Below the pieces are notes generated by a model. It was not told the origin of the DNA. It ran no database searches and saw only the letters and a program-made list of their open reading frames with translations. The position numbers and the translations under genes are program-made. This document shows positions 63,559-64,000 of a DNA stretch of 64,000 nucleotides, piece by piece; the first letter of the stretch is position 1; every line of letters starts with the position of its first letter. Origin of the DNA: Octopus vulgaris (Eukaryota). The DNA lies in contig OX597816.1 in assembly GCA_951406725.2 (NCBI GenBank), forward strand, positions 180,420,001-180,484,000, in the 5' to 3' direction.

Positions 63559-64000
63559 GTGAGTATATATATCTACACATACATACATACATTCACCTTT
63601 TATTAATGGTTCTTCCTTGCTTTCTTCCCTTCTTTATCTGCTGTTTCTTTGGATTTCTGATCATCATATATTCTTGGTTATACAAGTTACTGGGTGGCAT
63701 CAAACATGACCTGACATCAAATGTTATCTTTTGTAGCTATCCAGTCAATGATGAAATAGGAAACAGTTGCTTACATAATGCCACATTGCCATCATGTTGT
63801 AATTGTTTCAACCAATATCAGAGACCAGAGAAATCTACTAACTTATAGGTTAATACCTAATTAAGAAACCTTCATTTGTTATAATTAATGAGTAGAGTGT
63901 TTTTAATAGATTCTGTGTGATGATTCGCGTTTCCCTGCCCCTGCTAACTTGGCTATAATCCACCACCTGCCTCACCTACCCTCTATAGACTTCATGGTGA

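Overview
AT-rich, microsatellite-dense eukaryotic DNA; the repeat families suggest an octopus (inferred, not verified). The window covers most of a + strand conventional Ca2+-dependent protein kinase C gene (PKC alpha/beta, Aplysia Apl I type). Ten GT-AG exons between 26015 and 63558 join in one open frame encoding the C2 domain, hinge and kinase domain up to the start of the AGC C-tail. The C1/pseudosubstrate exons and the last exon were not found and probably lie outside the window. The introns hold decayed transposons: Tc1/mariner, Helitron, RTE and CR1/Jockey-like LINEs, Penelope, piggyBac and tRNA-derived SINEs. Main observations: (1) an AG|GTAAG site exactly 63 nt after the Gly-loop exon, a candidate recursive splice site or in-frame kinase-disrupting isoform; (2) several long inverted repeats in the pre-mRNA that could be ADAR substrates; (3) a ~39-bp periodic CTAAC array after the activation-loop exon; (4) minimal hammerhead-ribozyme-like motifs; (5) a structured 63-bp tandem array before an RTE-type 3' tail. 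No prokaryotic-type systems are present.
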